Positions 41,636 to 55,700 of a stretch of DNA of 64,000 nt are shown here, in pieces (the first letter of the stretch is position 1; each line of letters starts with the position of its first letter). The position numbers were made by a program, and so were the translations under genes. The stretch lies in NCBI RefSeq assembly GCF_009834535.1, contig NC_045710.1, positions 18,662,001 through 18,726,000 of the forward strand, given 5' to 3'. Below the pieces are notes generated by a model. The model saw only the letters and a list, made by a program, of their open reading frames with translations, had not been told where the DNA came from and searched no databases. Source of the stretch: Camelus ferus. Lineage: Eukaryota.

Positions 41636-42099
41636 GTTTTAAAATGCATTGCTGGGCTTGCAGAGAAGTAAGGGAAAGGAATAAGAGAAGGGATAAGAAA
41701 GTATAAAACCAAAATTGGTAAGCCAGCACTGAAGCCAGTATGGCCTTGGTGGCATCTGCAGATTTCTGGTGCCAAAGGCCAGAGTTTTAAAAAGCCAAAT
41801 CTGGGGACAAGAGACAAGGCCCAGGAACCGTACAAAATGGGAAGTTGGATCAAAGACTGTCACCCTCTGTTGGGATCCCCAAACATCCTCAGTGAACAAA
41901 GGAAAGAAGACAGTACTTGTCCCAGTAGGTCTTGGCTTGGTGCAGGAGGTGAGGGAGGGAGTCTCCTACAGATATTTAAGCCCTTAAAATTTGGGAGACC
42001 CCAAAATTCCCCAATTTTATTTAAGTAACCTCCATTTAGTAGTGTTTCGATGCAGAAGCAAGTACAATTCTTCTCTTGAAGAACATACTTTAAACCAGG

Positions 42100-43060
42100 C
42101 TTTGAAGGATTCCCATGGATAAAATTCCAACAGACTTAAGCTCATAACAAATAATTCTAAAAGTCAGAAGGAAATTTGCCACCAAAATCAGTGATAGCAG
42201 AAAACACTGAACTTGCAAGTGGTAGAATCACACTTGCAATGACTGTGGATATTGTAATTTTTAGGTACAGGATATACATTAAATGTGTTTAATATGTTTA
42301 AAGAAATATAGAGTACTTTGAAAAGGTAATACAGAAGAATAAACTGTCAAACATGATCAGGTAGAATTGGGGGGAAATATAGAATTTCTAGAAATTAAAA
42401 ATATAGTATTTCAATTAGAAACCCACTGGATGATTAGCAACTGCTGAAAACAGAACAAGTCAGAAAATAGATCTGAAGAAATTACTAGAATTCAGTACCT
42501 GTGGACAAACAGATGAAAAATAGAAAAAGAAGAATATAAGAGATCTTCATGGCCCTGGAATAAGGAGCTATTTCTTAAAGAAGACACAAACAGCACTAAC
42601 CCTAGAGGAAAAAACTGATAAATTATACTACGTAAAATTAGAAACATCTATTTATCGCAAGATGCCATTGAGAGAGTGAAAAAAGCAAGTTCACAGACTG
42701 GGAGAGAATATACATATAATCAAAAGGGCCTGTATCAAGAATATACTTAATAAACCCCACAAAGGAAAAAGGAAGACTGACCGTCTGATTGAAAATGGGC
42801 TAGAGACTTGATTGGGCACCTTTCTAAAGAAGATATCCAAGTGATCAAAGATAGTCAACTTCAATAGTAATTAGAAATATGCAAATTGAAATCAAAAGAT
42901 ACCACTACACATTAACCAGATGGTTAATATCTGTATCTATTAAATCCAGCAAGTACACACCTAGATATATGCTCCCAAAATATGAGTGCACAGAGAACAT
43001 CAAAAGATATGTACACGAATGCTCAAAGCAGCATTATCTGTGATGGCCCCAAACCGGAAA
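42100..43060 (+). mobile_element. Ancient L1ME-type fragments
   Basis: Degenerate ORF1/ORF2-like text (gatgccattgagagagtgaaaaaagcaag, caacttcaatagtaattagaaatatgcaaattgaaatc). Confidence 0.5.
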
Positions 43061-43575
43061 CTTGTATTCATGCCCCATGGCTGCTGGGACTGGACTTCTG
43101 CAAACCATATTTCTTTGCCAGCTGGCACCTTGTTAGGTTCCGCCAGTAGGGAGTGCTAGAAGTCTGCAAGTTGGGAGGAGAGAGAAGGGAGTAGTTTCTT
43201 GTGATTTGTTTTCTTAACCTGAGTGAGGTGGCAAAAGATTTTTTTCCCGGCAGTTGCACTTGGTTTGAGTTTCCAGCTTTTTCCCTTTCTCAGAACCAGC
43301 CTTTATTATGTCTCTAAATACGCCTTAACTGCACCAACTGTCCAGTACTACTTTCTCTGAGTTCTGAGTTCCACCTCCTCCCAGCTACTGGAATCCTGTA
43401 ACTCCCACCTCCTACCTTTATTAACCACCACGTGTCCAGGGGCTTCCTTCTGGTGCCACCTCTATGTTTCCTGGGCCCTTCCCTTTGGCTTTTGCAGTCT
43501 CCATAATCCATTCTCTCTGTTAAAAATAAATGGTATGGTTTTTGTGTTCCCAACTGGACCTTAAACTACACTACA
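43060..43575 (+). mobile_element. Ancient ERVL-type LTR
   Basis: Ends aaaaataaatggtatggtttttgtgttcccaactggaccttaaactacac, like LTR16/33-group termini. Confidence 0.4.
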
Positions 43576-44339
43576 GCCAAATGTCAATTCTTTTGGCATC
43601 TGACCTGCCTCCTGAACAGAAATGCATTGAACATCTCTCCTCTTTTAAATTGAAGCTGAGAGCTGTGACACAGTTCACAGGTCCTCATGGCCTTGCTTGG
43701 TTGATTGTTGATGGTGTCTTGACATGGTCACAGCAATCACCCAGAGCCAAAGAGGACAACGAAGGTCACAACAACCCTTATGAACACTATCTGGCTGGAT
43801 GTTTTTTTTGCTCCTGTGAATGTGTATGGGAAAATGGCATCTTTCCTAAAGTGTTCATGACTCTGCTCATAAAAGTTGCTGAGGAAACTGAATTTGAGAG
43901 CATCAGACTCCAGAGTTGCCTTGCTGTTACTATGGCCACCATTGTGTATTGTGTGTGTTTAATAACATCACTGTAAGGGCTGATTTTTTAACCAGGTTGT
44001 AAACGTATGTGCACAGCTTGCTCAGCAAACGAACAAGAAGGTTGTATCATTTGTGAGCAAACAACATGAACTGAAAACCTTAATGGGCCATGATCTTTCA
44101 GCGTTCTTCCCCTAGTAGGCTTTATGAATTATTATAAAACCATTCCACCTGCTCTCCACCCCAAAATAACCTCATGGTATATAATTTTCCTAACCCACTT
44201 AAATACATATCTCCATAGTTCCCACTATTTAAATCTGTGTCTAAATAAAACAGAATACAGGCGTTTAGTCAAAAATCTATTTTAACTTATACTTTAAGCC
44301 AAAATATTCTCATGAGATTTTCCTGATATATACATTCTA

Positions 44340-45560
44340 GATGCCAACCTTTGGTTCTGCCCAGAGGCATTATCCAACATCTTGGGATCTCAGCTCCTGA
44401 TCTCCTCAATTTATGCAATTTACTATTCCCTCGCTGCGGCCACACACTCCTACAGTCATACTTTTTACCTTATCATCACCAATAACTGCACTGTCTCCAA
44501 AATCTCTTTTTCAAGCATTCTGATTTGATATTTTGATCCCTATCTGCTCTCCTCCCATCTCACTCAGGCTAGTGCTTGCAGTCCAGTATTTCTTCAACCT
44601 TACTGAGACTTCTGATTTATCTACCACCTTCTGTCTTACTAACCATCTTCCCTCGGGTCCTTCTGCTTCCTCTTCACTCATCTCAGATTCCATGTTCATT
44701 ATTACAATTGCTCCCTTGCTAATACCTTCTCCCTTGCCCCCTCCCCCTCCATTGTTTTGGCTTAACAACATCCTGACTGTGTACTGTCACAGCTGGAGGT
44801 GAAACCACAACTGTGCTCCCGGCCTCTCTTGAAATGCTCACCATAATTCTCAAATGGGCACTCAGCACTGTGGCAACCTTCCCTCATATGTTCCCTTTCC
44901 CACATTCTAACACATTTATTTCCCATCTCTTTTTTTCCACTAGAGACTTCTCAGCTGGCCTTTGCCAGATACTTCATGAGAAAACAAGAGCACTGAGGCT
45001 GGAAGCCCTCCATCGACCACACCTACCAATTTCCCAACTGTGCCCACGCTCACAATGGATGAAGCTTGTCCTCTATGTGGGCCTGGATCCCACCCACTCA
45101 CCCTTCTAAAGGGCCCCCCTCCTAAAAGTATTCCACCAGCCTCCTTCTGCATCCTTACTTTTTTTCTCACCACTGGATCATTTCTCCCATTTATATCAGA
45201 CTATAAATTCTCTCTAGTATAGCATCTTCCACTAAAAAAACCTCCCTTGACCCTGTATCCCCCATCCACTACATTTCTCTGCCGCACCACATAACAAAAC
45301 TTTTAAAAAATACTCTCCATTGTTTTTCCTCATTTACTCGCTCCAGCCAGGTGTCCATGTCCACCTCTGAAATAGCCCCCTTTTGCCAAATCCAGTGTTC
45401 ATTTCTATGGCCTCATCTTAGTGTGGTTTTTATTTTTCAGTATCATTTGACCCTTTAGACAACCTCGTCCTTCTTGGAACACTTTTCTTTTCTAGGTTCC
45501 CTAACCAACTATTCCTTCTCAGTTTCCTTCCTGGCTTCTCCTCCGCTGCTCTACTTCTAA
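44340..45560 (+). mobile_element. L2 LINE fragment
   Basis: tttgccaaatccagtgttcatttctatggcctcatctta...cagtatcatttgacc...ccttcttggaacacttttc. Confidence 0.6.
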
Positions 45561-45569
45561 ATGTAAAAG

Positions 45570-47100
45570 TAGCATGGAGAAAATTAGCAAGGCAAAAGTC
45601 ACCAGAAGCAAAATCAAAAGGCAAATGACAAATTGGACAAGAGTATTTACAGTTCAAGTTGTGGACATGGTGATGTCACTAACATCCAAAGAGCTCCGAG
45701 AAATTAATAAGAAAAAGACCAATAACCCAATAGAAAGACAGGGAAAGAATATGAACAGATAGGTCTCAGGAAAGGGAATCAGATGCCCTTTAACATATAA
45801 AGAGATAGCTGCACATTAATAATAAAGAGAAATAAAGACTAAAACTACAGTGAAATTTTCAACTATCATGTTGATAAAAAATCCAAGTTTCGCAGCATGA
45901 TCATGGGAAAACAGGTCTCATATATTGCTGTGACATTAATATGAAAAGATCTCTGAGATAGAGAGAAATGAGCACAACGTACAAAACAGCATGTATTTTA
46001 TGCTCCCAGAACATATATGATTTCTATTTGTATTTACATAAGGAAACACACACATGTAAAACAATGAAAAGCAGTTACTTGATGGAGGGGGAACTGGAGT
46101 GGATGGGTGAATCTTTTAAAGGTACTCTTCTTAAGATTATTTGGCTTTTGAACCTTATGAATTTATTACTTATTTTTTAAAAGAGAAACAAAGAACGATG
46201 GTCCAAAGAGTGTCTTAAGTAAAACTTTTCTATGCATTGGCTTAAGGAACTCAAATGTGTTTCATCTTCAGAGGGAGATAGGGCATTATTATAAGCATGT
46301 CGTATGGATCCTGAGTTACACTTGAGTCCTGTACCCTTCAGAGATGATCATAATGTCCTGAAATGACATTTACAATGACAGGCAAGAGTATCACTAGGCA
46401 TATGTTAATCTATTTGAATGCTCTACACTGATCCATGAATTGGCTATGTACAGACTCAAATTTTTACTAGGGCACCAGCTAAACTATCATCTGTTTCAAT
46501 CACCATCTTCACCAGAAGCACTGGCATCTGTTGAATGACTTAGTTGCTAGAAAGAAAATATTCAAACCAAATACCCAAACGATAATTAACATCATTAGTC
46601 TTTGGAGAAATGCAAGTCAGTACCACGTCATACCTACATAGGATGGCCATAATTAAAAAAAAAAAAAAACAGAAAATAACAAATGCTAGTGANNNNNNNN
46701 NNNNNNNNNNNNNNNNNNNNNNNNNNNNNNNNNNNNNNNNNNNNNNNNNNNNNNNNNNNNNNNNNNNNNNNNNNNNNNNNNNNNNNNNNNNNNNNNNNNN
46801 NNNNNNNNNNNNNNNNNNNNNNNNNNNNNNNNNNNNNNNNCTGGAAACTAGTGTTCAAATATAAACCTGTACATGAACATNNNNNNNNNNNNNNNNNNNN
46901 NNNNNNNNNNNNNNNNNNNNNNNNNNNNNNNNNNNNNNNNNNNNNNNNNNNNNNNNNNNNNNNNNNNNNNNNNNNNNNNNNNNNNNNNNNNNNNNNNNNN
47001 NNNNNNNNNNNNNNNNNNNNNNNNNNNNNNNNNNNNNNNNNNNNNNNNNNNNNNNNNNNNNNNNNNNNNNNNNNNNNNNNNNNNNNNNNNNNNAACCCCG
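45570..47100 (+). mobile_element. L1 3' fragments (with two N-runs)
   Basis: aaaatcaaaaggcaaatgacaaattgg...aagaaaaagaccaataacccaatagaaa; ggagaaatgcaagtc...aggatggccataattaaaaa. Confidence 0.7.
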
Positions 47101-47619
47101 TCTATGTGCTCCCAGCAGGAATCACTGTGATCCTTACAGAAAATACAGACCACTTCATCACTCTAGAAGTTATGTTATATTGTTACGTTGGTTGTATATC
47201 CAACCAGGGTGAACTGTGTAGATTGCCATTCAGGAAAGAAATTCTGTTGTGAAATTTTTATCTCTTTACCTTTTCAATATCTTCTTTTCTTCTTGTTCTT
47301 TTTCTTTAAATCATAAAAATGTATTTCAGTGTTATTTATAAGAACTTTCTTGTAGACATTGGGCCTCCAAAAATTTCATATTATCCCTGGTACAAAGCAG
47401 CTATCAATCTCCAAGACTTGCTCAAAAATTATCTTGAAAGTAGCAGCCAGTCTTGGATCTGAACCTCAGCTACTTAAGTTTCTGGATTTTGTTGTTTGCC
47501 AAAACGGTTTGCCATTTTATTTTGCTGGCTTCGCCTTCCTTTTGCCAAAGAATTACTAATATAATCAGTAATAGAAAATATTCATTGTCTTACAATGATG
47601 CATTCAGAAGTTTTTGTGT

Positions 47620-47900
47620 CAATTCTAAGTTAAAGAGATGCATAGGGAGAATCATCCCCTTTTCCTCTTCACTGGATGAAGTTATGTCTTCGTGCATTGT
47701 CTGGAATTGCTGCAGCCATCTTGAAACCCCAAGTAGAAGCATCACCAACATGCTAAGGATGGCAAGGCAGAAGGATGGACTTATTGGTCGATCAGATCTG
47801 TAATGACCTTATCAAGGCTCTGAGCTGACCTTGGACCACCTAGCCCCCAGATATCTTAAGTGAGATAATGACTGTCCCTATGGCTGCTATGTAGTTTTAT
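47620..47900 (+). mobile_element. Old MLT1-type LTR fragment
   Basis: tctggaattgctgcagccatcttg...ctaaggatggcaaggcagaagg. Confidence 0.45.
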
Positions 47901-48048
47901 TTCTAGTGATGTATTTGTTTAAATGGACTCACAAACTCTCAACAGAGGAACACTTTCATATTTGTTCCTGTTGCCCCAGTTCACAGAAGTATGAAATTAC
48001 AAGTGGCAAGAATGTGATCAAGGTACAAGAATTCTTCTTTAAAAAAAA

Positions 48049-48383
48049 AAAGACAAAAATGAACTTATTTACAAAACAGAGCCAGACTCACAGACATAGA
48101 AAACAAATCTCTGGTTACCACGGGTGAAAGGGGATGGCAAAAAGATAAATTGGGAGTTCGGAATTTGCAGATGCTAACTACTAAATATAAAAATAGATAA
48201 ACAACAAGGTCCTACTGTATGGCACTGGGAACTGCATTCAATACCTTGTAATGGCCTATAATGAAAAAGAATATGAAAAGGAATATATATACACATATAA
48301 ATGAATCACTATGCTGTACTGCAGAAATTAATGCAACATTGTAAAATGACTGTACTTCAATAAAAATAAATAAATAAATAAAA
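48049..48383 (+). mobile_element. L1 3' end (cetartiodactyl type) with A-rich tail
   Basis: aatgaacttatttacaaaacagag...cacagacatagaaaacaaa...aacaaggtcctactgtat...aatcactatgctgtac...aataaaaataaataaataaa. Confidence 0.85.
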
Positions 48384-49749
48384 TACTCACCAGATAGCAA
48401 AACCTTAGTATAAAAAAATAAAATGCCTCATTATTAATTTTTATATTGAATACAGGTTGAAATGATAACAGTTTGGCTATGTTAAGTTGAAGAGAGTATA
48501 TTATTAAAATTAATTTTACCTGGAAAAAAAAAAGGCACAGGGATTCTTATTTGAATGTTGGATGTGGCACCAAAGGCCAGTTTTGACATCTTAAAAGACT
48601 CTGTGCTTAATGACTGCTCAGTTTGGGAAGCTGAACCAAGCAAAGATAGTTATGAAACAGAGAAGCATTAGATATGATAAAAGGCAAATTATTGTTCATG
48701 ATAAAAGGCAAATTATTTTTCTTGATAAAGGTAGAATACTGCTTTTTTTAAAAAATGTCCAAAAGTTTTGAAATGCACCCTTATGGCTACTGAATCCTAC
48801 ATGTACAATTGCAAAAACATTTTGTGTGTCTGTATCCTGGCATTACCTCCTATTTTAGAAAAAAATTAATTGGCAGGAAATTTTTTAAACATCAAAAGGG
48901 TGATTACAGAGTATCTAAAGTGCCAGAAAAAATAATATGGTGCAGTGGCTGTTTGTCAGCCCTTGTACAGGACGTTAACAACACATTTCCCAAACATTTC
49001 GTCAATGGGAATCCTCCTGGCAACAGAATGACAGTGTATTTATTTCATGCAAATGTGTGAACACAATGGTTGTGGATAACCCAAGAGGCAGAGCAGGGGG
49101 GTGGAGATTAAAGTGAAATGCGTCATCAAATATTTGTAGCGCCAGAATTTGGCATCATTCTCATCATTCACAACTAGCTATGACAGGGCACGAGAAGCCA
49201 CGCAATCAATTGATTTGTGATGTGGAAATCTCTCAGTAGAGAGAACTGGAGAAGGGGCTCTCTAATTTGGTCTATGAATCAACACTAGTCTCAGGCTCAC
49301 CCCTAGAAGCATACAAAGCTTTAGGAATGGAGCTACAACATAAATATAAATCAACATCCATGTCCTAGACCAATCCCCAAGTAGTACATGAAGGGGCAGA
49401 CCCAAACAGCACAACAAAGTCTTCGAAAACTGAGCTTCTCACAGAAGGTGAGACAATACTTGTGACCTGAATCTCACTGGATTGGTTGCTTGCTAAAACA
49501 GCAGCAAAATAATCACATTATTCAGAGGATTTCACAGGACCCAGAACCTCACTTCTAGGTATTTACTCAAGTGAAATGGAATCCTATATTGACAGAAAAC
49601 CTGGAAAACCACTACACAAATGTTTATGGGAGCTTTGTTTGTAATGACCAAAACCTGGAACCAATCCAACACATTGTGGCACATTTATAAAATGGATTGC
49701 TAGCAATTAGAAGGAAAAAAGCACTGATCCTACAACAACACAGATGACA

Positions 49750-50035
49750 TTTTTTAAAATTGACATATACTCAGTTTATAATATTGTGTCAATTTCTGGT
49801 GTACAGCATAATAGTTCAGTCATACATATATTCGTTTTCATATTCTTTTTCATTATAGGTTACTACAAGACATTGAATATAGTTCCCTGTGTTCTGCAGT
49901 GGAAACTTGTTGTTTATCTACTTTATATGTAGTAGTTAGTATCTGCAAATCTCCCACTCCCAATTTATCCCTTCCCACCCACTTCTGCCCGACCCCAACC
50001 GTAAGTTTGCTTTCTATGTCTCTGAGTCTATTTCA
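49750..50035 (-). mobile_element. L1 3' end, same family as 40905 and 48049
   Basis: aatttctggtgtacagcataatagttcag...gtatctgcaaatctccc. Confidence 0.8.
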
Positions 50036-51376
50036 ACACAGATGACTTTTAAATGTATTAAGCAAGGTTTAAAAGGCCATCTACTGCATGATTCTATTTA
50101 AGTAAAACTCTGGAAAAGGCAAAAATACAGAGTTATCAGTGGTTGAGCCTTTGACTCCTGACCCTTTCTTGTGTTCTGCTGGGCCTACTGACTTTCTCTT
50201 TATTGATGCCCTCCTCTCCCCCATCTGTCTGCGGTGCCCCTCCCACAAGCTCCCTTCCATTTAAGCCTCTCCATTCCCCTAAATCAGTTATATCATTCAT
50301 TCTTCTGCTTTCATTTTCCAAAATCGTGTTGAAATCTCTTGACTCCTGTCCTCATTTCTCCCTTCTTTTTACTCTGAGTTTATGATCTTTTCATTTCTTT
50401 ACTGTTATTACAGTGGGGATTTGGGAGGGAATAGATAAACAGTTCAATCTTTCATGTTTACCTACCTGCACAAGCTCTTCTTCAATCAAGACTACAACAT
50501 AAATATAGTTTGGGAAAAGGATATTATTTTTTCTTAAATATGTGTGTGTGTGTGTGTGTACACAGATATATGCACACACATATATATATCTCTGAAGTCT
50601 ATCTCTGGCCAAACTCAGAAAACATAGATGTTTATCAGACATGATCTCCAGTAAGTATCTCCTTGCAAGCCATTGGATTTTTGTCTCCCAGAGGAGACAC
50701 TTTAAAAAGGTTGTCACACAATTTCCAGTCTGACAGCCAGAATTTCTCAGGCTGTGGCCCAGAGTTCATGACAATCTGACAAACCAGTGGTTTTATATAG
50801 GGCTGTGGGAGTCAGGGAAGCCTGCTAATAGTGTTAAGCTGGTGACTTGCAAAGGAGTTGTGGGTCTGTGTATGTATACGAGTAGCCTCCTGGTAGTCAC
50901 GCTTATAATCAGGACCCAGAAATGCCTTTTCTTTACTGACATCTTAATCATCCCCTTACATAAAAGCATAAAAATAGTGTTAAATTGGCACTGAGTCCCA
51001 TAGGAAACATTCCTGTTCTCTCTCATCATTTCTACGGCACCTTTATCTTCAGTCCCACATGGTATTTGAAATGGCAGTAGTACTCAAATCTTCCACACAG
51101 AGAAAACCCCAGGGTCTCAGGAAGCAGCTGGGCTGGTGTTTTCTCTTCTTTAGATGCCACGGCAAAGCTGAAGAACACCGGGTGGTGGCTTTTAAAACTT
51201 TGGCTTACACAAGTGTAAATTACAGGTTGTAACGTGCCCTATACACATCTTAATTTTAATAAATCTGTCACTGTTCATCTTTGCCAGCTGACCCTGAAAT
51301 TTGGGGGTTTATTCTGTGATATTATGCAACTATGATCTTAGATCTCCTCCTGCCCACCCCACTCCCCTCACCCTCC

Positions 51377-51377
<1 letters not shown>

Positions 51378-51452
<75 letters not shown>
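51378..51452. repeat. Interrupted (CA)n microsatellite
   Basis: Direct reading. Confidence 0.95.
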
Positions 51453-51453
<1 letters not shown>

Positions 51454-51471
51454 GAAAACCCTGGGCCATGT

Positions 51472-52738
<1,267 letters not shown>

Positions 52739-52739
52739 G

Positions 52740-55700
52740 ACTGAAGCTACAGAAAATCTTGTGAAGCAACGGGGCAGGTTGTTGGTTGCTACTAATGAAA
52801 TAAAATTCGTATTTTATGGTAAAACCAGAAAAATTTAAACATAAAAATTTTCTCTCCCATTTGGGCCTCCTCCCTCCCCTATAGTATGTGTTGTACATCT
52901 GCATTAACCAGACCTCCTTAGAAGATAAGCTTTTTTCTTAATCTTGTAAGGGGTCACGATGACCCACTCTCACTTTATGTGTGCAGATCTGGACTGTGTA
53001 AATATGCCATTTAATGTACAACCTCTTGTCCCCATAATTGTGCTTAGACCTCTAATGGTGGAGTGGTCCTCAAAGTTTCTGAAAGACTGTTTCCCAGGTT
53101 ATAATCCTCACTTTGGCTCCAATAAAATTTTCCATTTCTTTCTGAAATAACTATTGATTAATTTTTTTGTCCACATGCATGGTGTAGCTGGCAGGATATC
53201 AGAGATACCCACCAGAGGACACCTGGAGTCTACCCTGAAGCGGTGCTCTGTACCGGCACGGGCCTGTTGAGGCCCACAGGCTTCTCAGTGCTCCTCAGGT
53301 GTTCGGGTGAGTTCTCCTGATACCTGGATCTCATTGTTTTTAAGTAACAGTCCTAAAAATTTTATTCAAGCTGTCTCTACTTAAGGCTTGGAGTCTTAAG
53401 GGGGCGCCAGTGCATTTCCGAGGTAGGGGCCTAGAGGGACCTAGGGCAGTAAGTAGGCCTAGGGAAAACTTAGGTGGCTGAGTTTTTGTTAAATTTGGCT
53501 TAAGTTGAAAAAAAAATGTTGATATATGGTCTGAATAGACCATTTACTTGTGAAATAAGAGACTGAATTATCCAGCTCCGAAGAATAAGGAACATTTGTT
53601 CCTTCTGGCCACAAGGTGTCCTCAAGTGACTGAGAACCTGACGGGAAGCATCTGAGAACCCTCCTGACTGCAGTGGCCCTTCAGGGGAATCCCATTACAG
53701 TCATTTAGTAAATACCCGTGCATCAGTCCTCTGATACCCTTTAGGTGGCCATGCAATTCTTTGAGGAATTAGAACCAGCCGTCCTTGTTTTACAGACCTA
53801 GTCTTTACAGGACAGGTGTGGCTCCAGAAACAATTCAAAACTCAACAATCTTTTTACCACTCCCAAACCTCCCCTATTTATCTTAAGAGGCAAGTAAATT
53901 AAAAAAAATTCTGGCCTTAAGGGAACAAACGTTCCTCTTAGGAGGAACTTGCTTTTCTCCTCTGCACCTGAGATGTTCTACTTGGTCTCTAAGAACTCTT
54001 ATCTAGGCCATCTTTTTAAAATGCAAATTTCAGGACTGTAATTTATTAAAAGAAAAACCAAAAGGGGGATAAGTAAATTGGAACTTGACTTGTCAAGGAC
54101 AAAGGCAAATCTTAGGTGTCTTCTCCATTAATCTAAACAGGTGGCTTTAATTTCTTCCACCTGCCAGAAACTCAATTTGAATCCAATTTCTTTTGTAACT
54201 GTTGGGTTTTATATTATTGTACCTGACTCATGGCTGAACTTTTGGATTGGAAATTATGGGGTCTTTGTTTGTGTCCGTTTGTATGTTTGTATGTATCTAT
54301 ATGTGTGTGTGTGGTAGATGTGTGGTATTGCCAAAATTAATTTGTAAAAGATCTCTATTTAATTGGCTTAAAGGAAATTAAGTGCTTATATAAACACTCA
54401 GAAATATAAAAGAAACTTCCCCAAATGAATTTCCTGTGGTCTAGGATTAACTTTTAATGAATGAAAATGAATTTAAGTTTGCTAGTTTAAGACAGATATG
54501 TCTTTAGAGTCATCAACATTAAGTTGAATACTTTTATTGTACCTAAGTTTACTAGAAGTAAAATAAGATCCTATTGTTCCTGTTACAAAATTTATCTTCA
54601 AGAAAAACAATATGATAAAAAATTTAAGTAAATTAAATGTAAATGAGATAAGAGGTTTTTTTAGATGAACTCTTTAGGAATAATTATATTTTATGGTGTG
54701 TCTATACAAAAATAGTTTCTGCTGTACTGGGTAAGAAATTAGAGAATTCTAATAGAAAACATGGTGGCTTCATAAAACTGTTAACAGAAGATTAAGATCA
54801 AGAATTACTTACATAGGATTGAGTGAACTAATGAATATGGTTATAATATGGGGGGCTTTTTGTCTGAACTATGACTGGTTTTTGTTTTTTTCTTGCTTTT
54901 CTAAGTTTTTTTTAATGGAAGTATAGTTCATTTACAATGTTGTGTTAGTTTCTGGCATACAGCAAAGTGATTCAAATATATATATATTCTTTTCCATTAT
55001 GTTTTATTACAAGATATTGAATATAGTTCCTTGCGCTATACAGTAGGACCTTGTTGTACATCTATTTTATATATAGTGCTTTGTATCTGCTAATCCCAAA
55101 CTCCTAATTTATCCCTCCACCACCCTCTTTCCCCTCTGGTAATCCTAAATTTGTTTTTTATGTCTTTAAATCTTTCTGTTTTGTAAATAAGTTCATGAAA
55201 TATTACTGGTTTTTAATCATTTTCCAGATATAAAGACACCCTTCCCCTCAAGCCAATTATGATTTACAGCAATTTGGTAAATTATACCTTTGTAAGTAGA
55301 ATTGAAACATTTATCTTTTCTCTCTACCTAATCCCTCCAGAAACTGGAAACTCAAGTTCCCAGCAGCCTTATCAGGTGAATAAGAAAGAATGCCTCCTAA
55401 AAGGTGCAGGAATCTCAAGATATTTTGGGGACGTTGAGAAGTGAGGAGTCCACCCAAATCTATAAATATCTCAGGCAGAATCTAAGGGCAAGCACTTGGT
55501 GTGGCTTTCCTTGCCTTGAGAGGCCTTTTGAAAGTTCAATTTGAGATTCCTTATAAAGAGTTTCAGCATAGCCAATTTAAAAGAGCCAGAAGAATCAATT
55601 ACACTTAAGTAAATAATCAGGCCAACTTTATTGAAATTAGACTTATTTCTCAAACAAACTGGCCTTAATTTGGCTATATTTGGTAGAAATTAGGGTAATT

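Noticed and set aside
38900-41920. Faint resemblances to upstream SLC5A6 exons (about 38905-38990, 39420-39580, 41830-41920) and GAVVVLL at about 38600
   Set aside because: Similarity is near chance level, with gaps, missing splice sites or wrong order; needs a formal alignment.
43530-43976. 148-aa ORF and a hydrophobic antisense stretch (IVFIRVVVTFVVLF)
   Set aside because: No recognisable homology, start context or consistent splice pattern.
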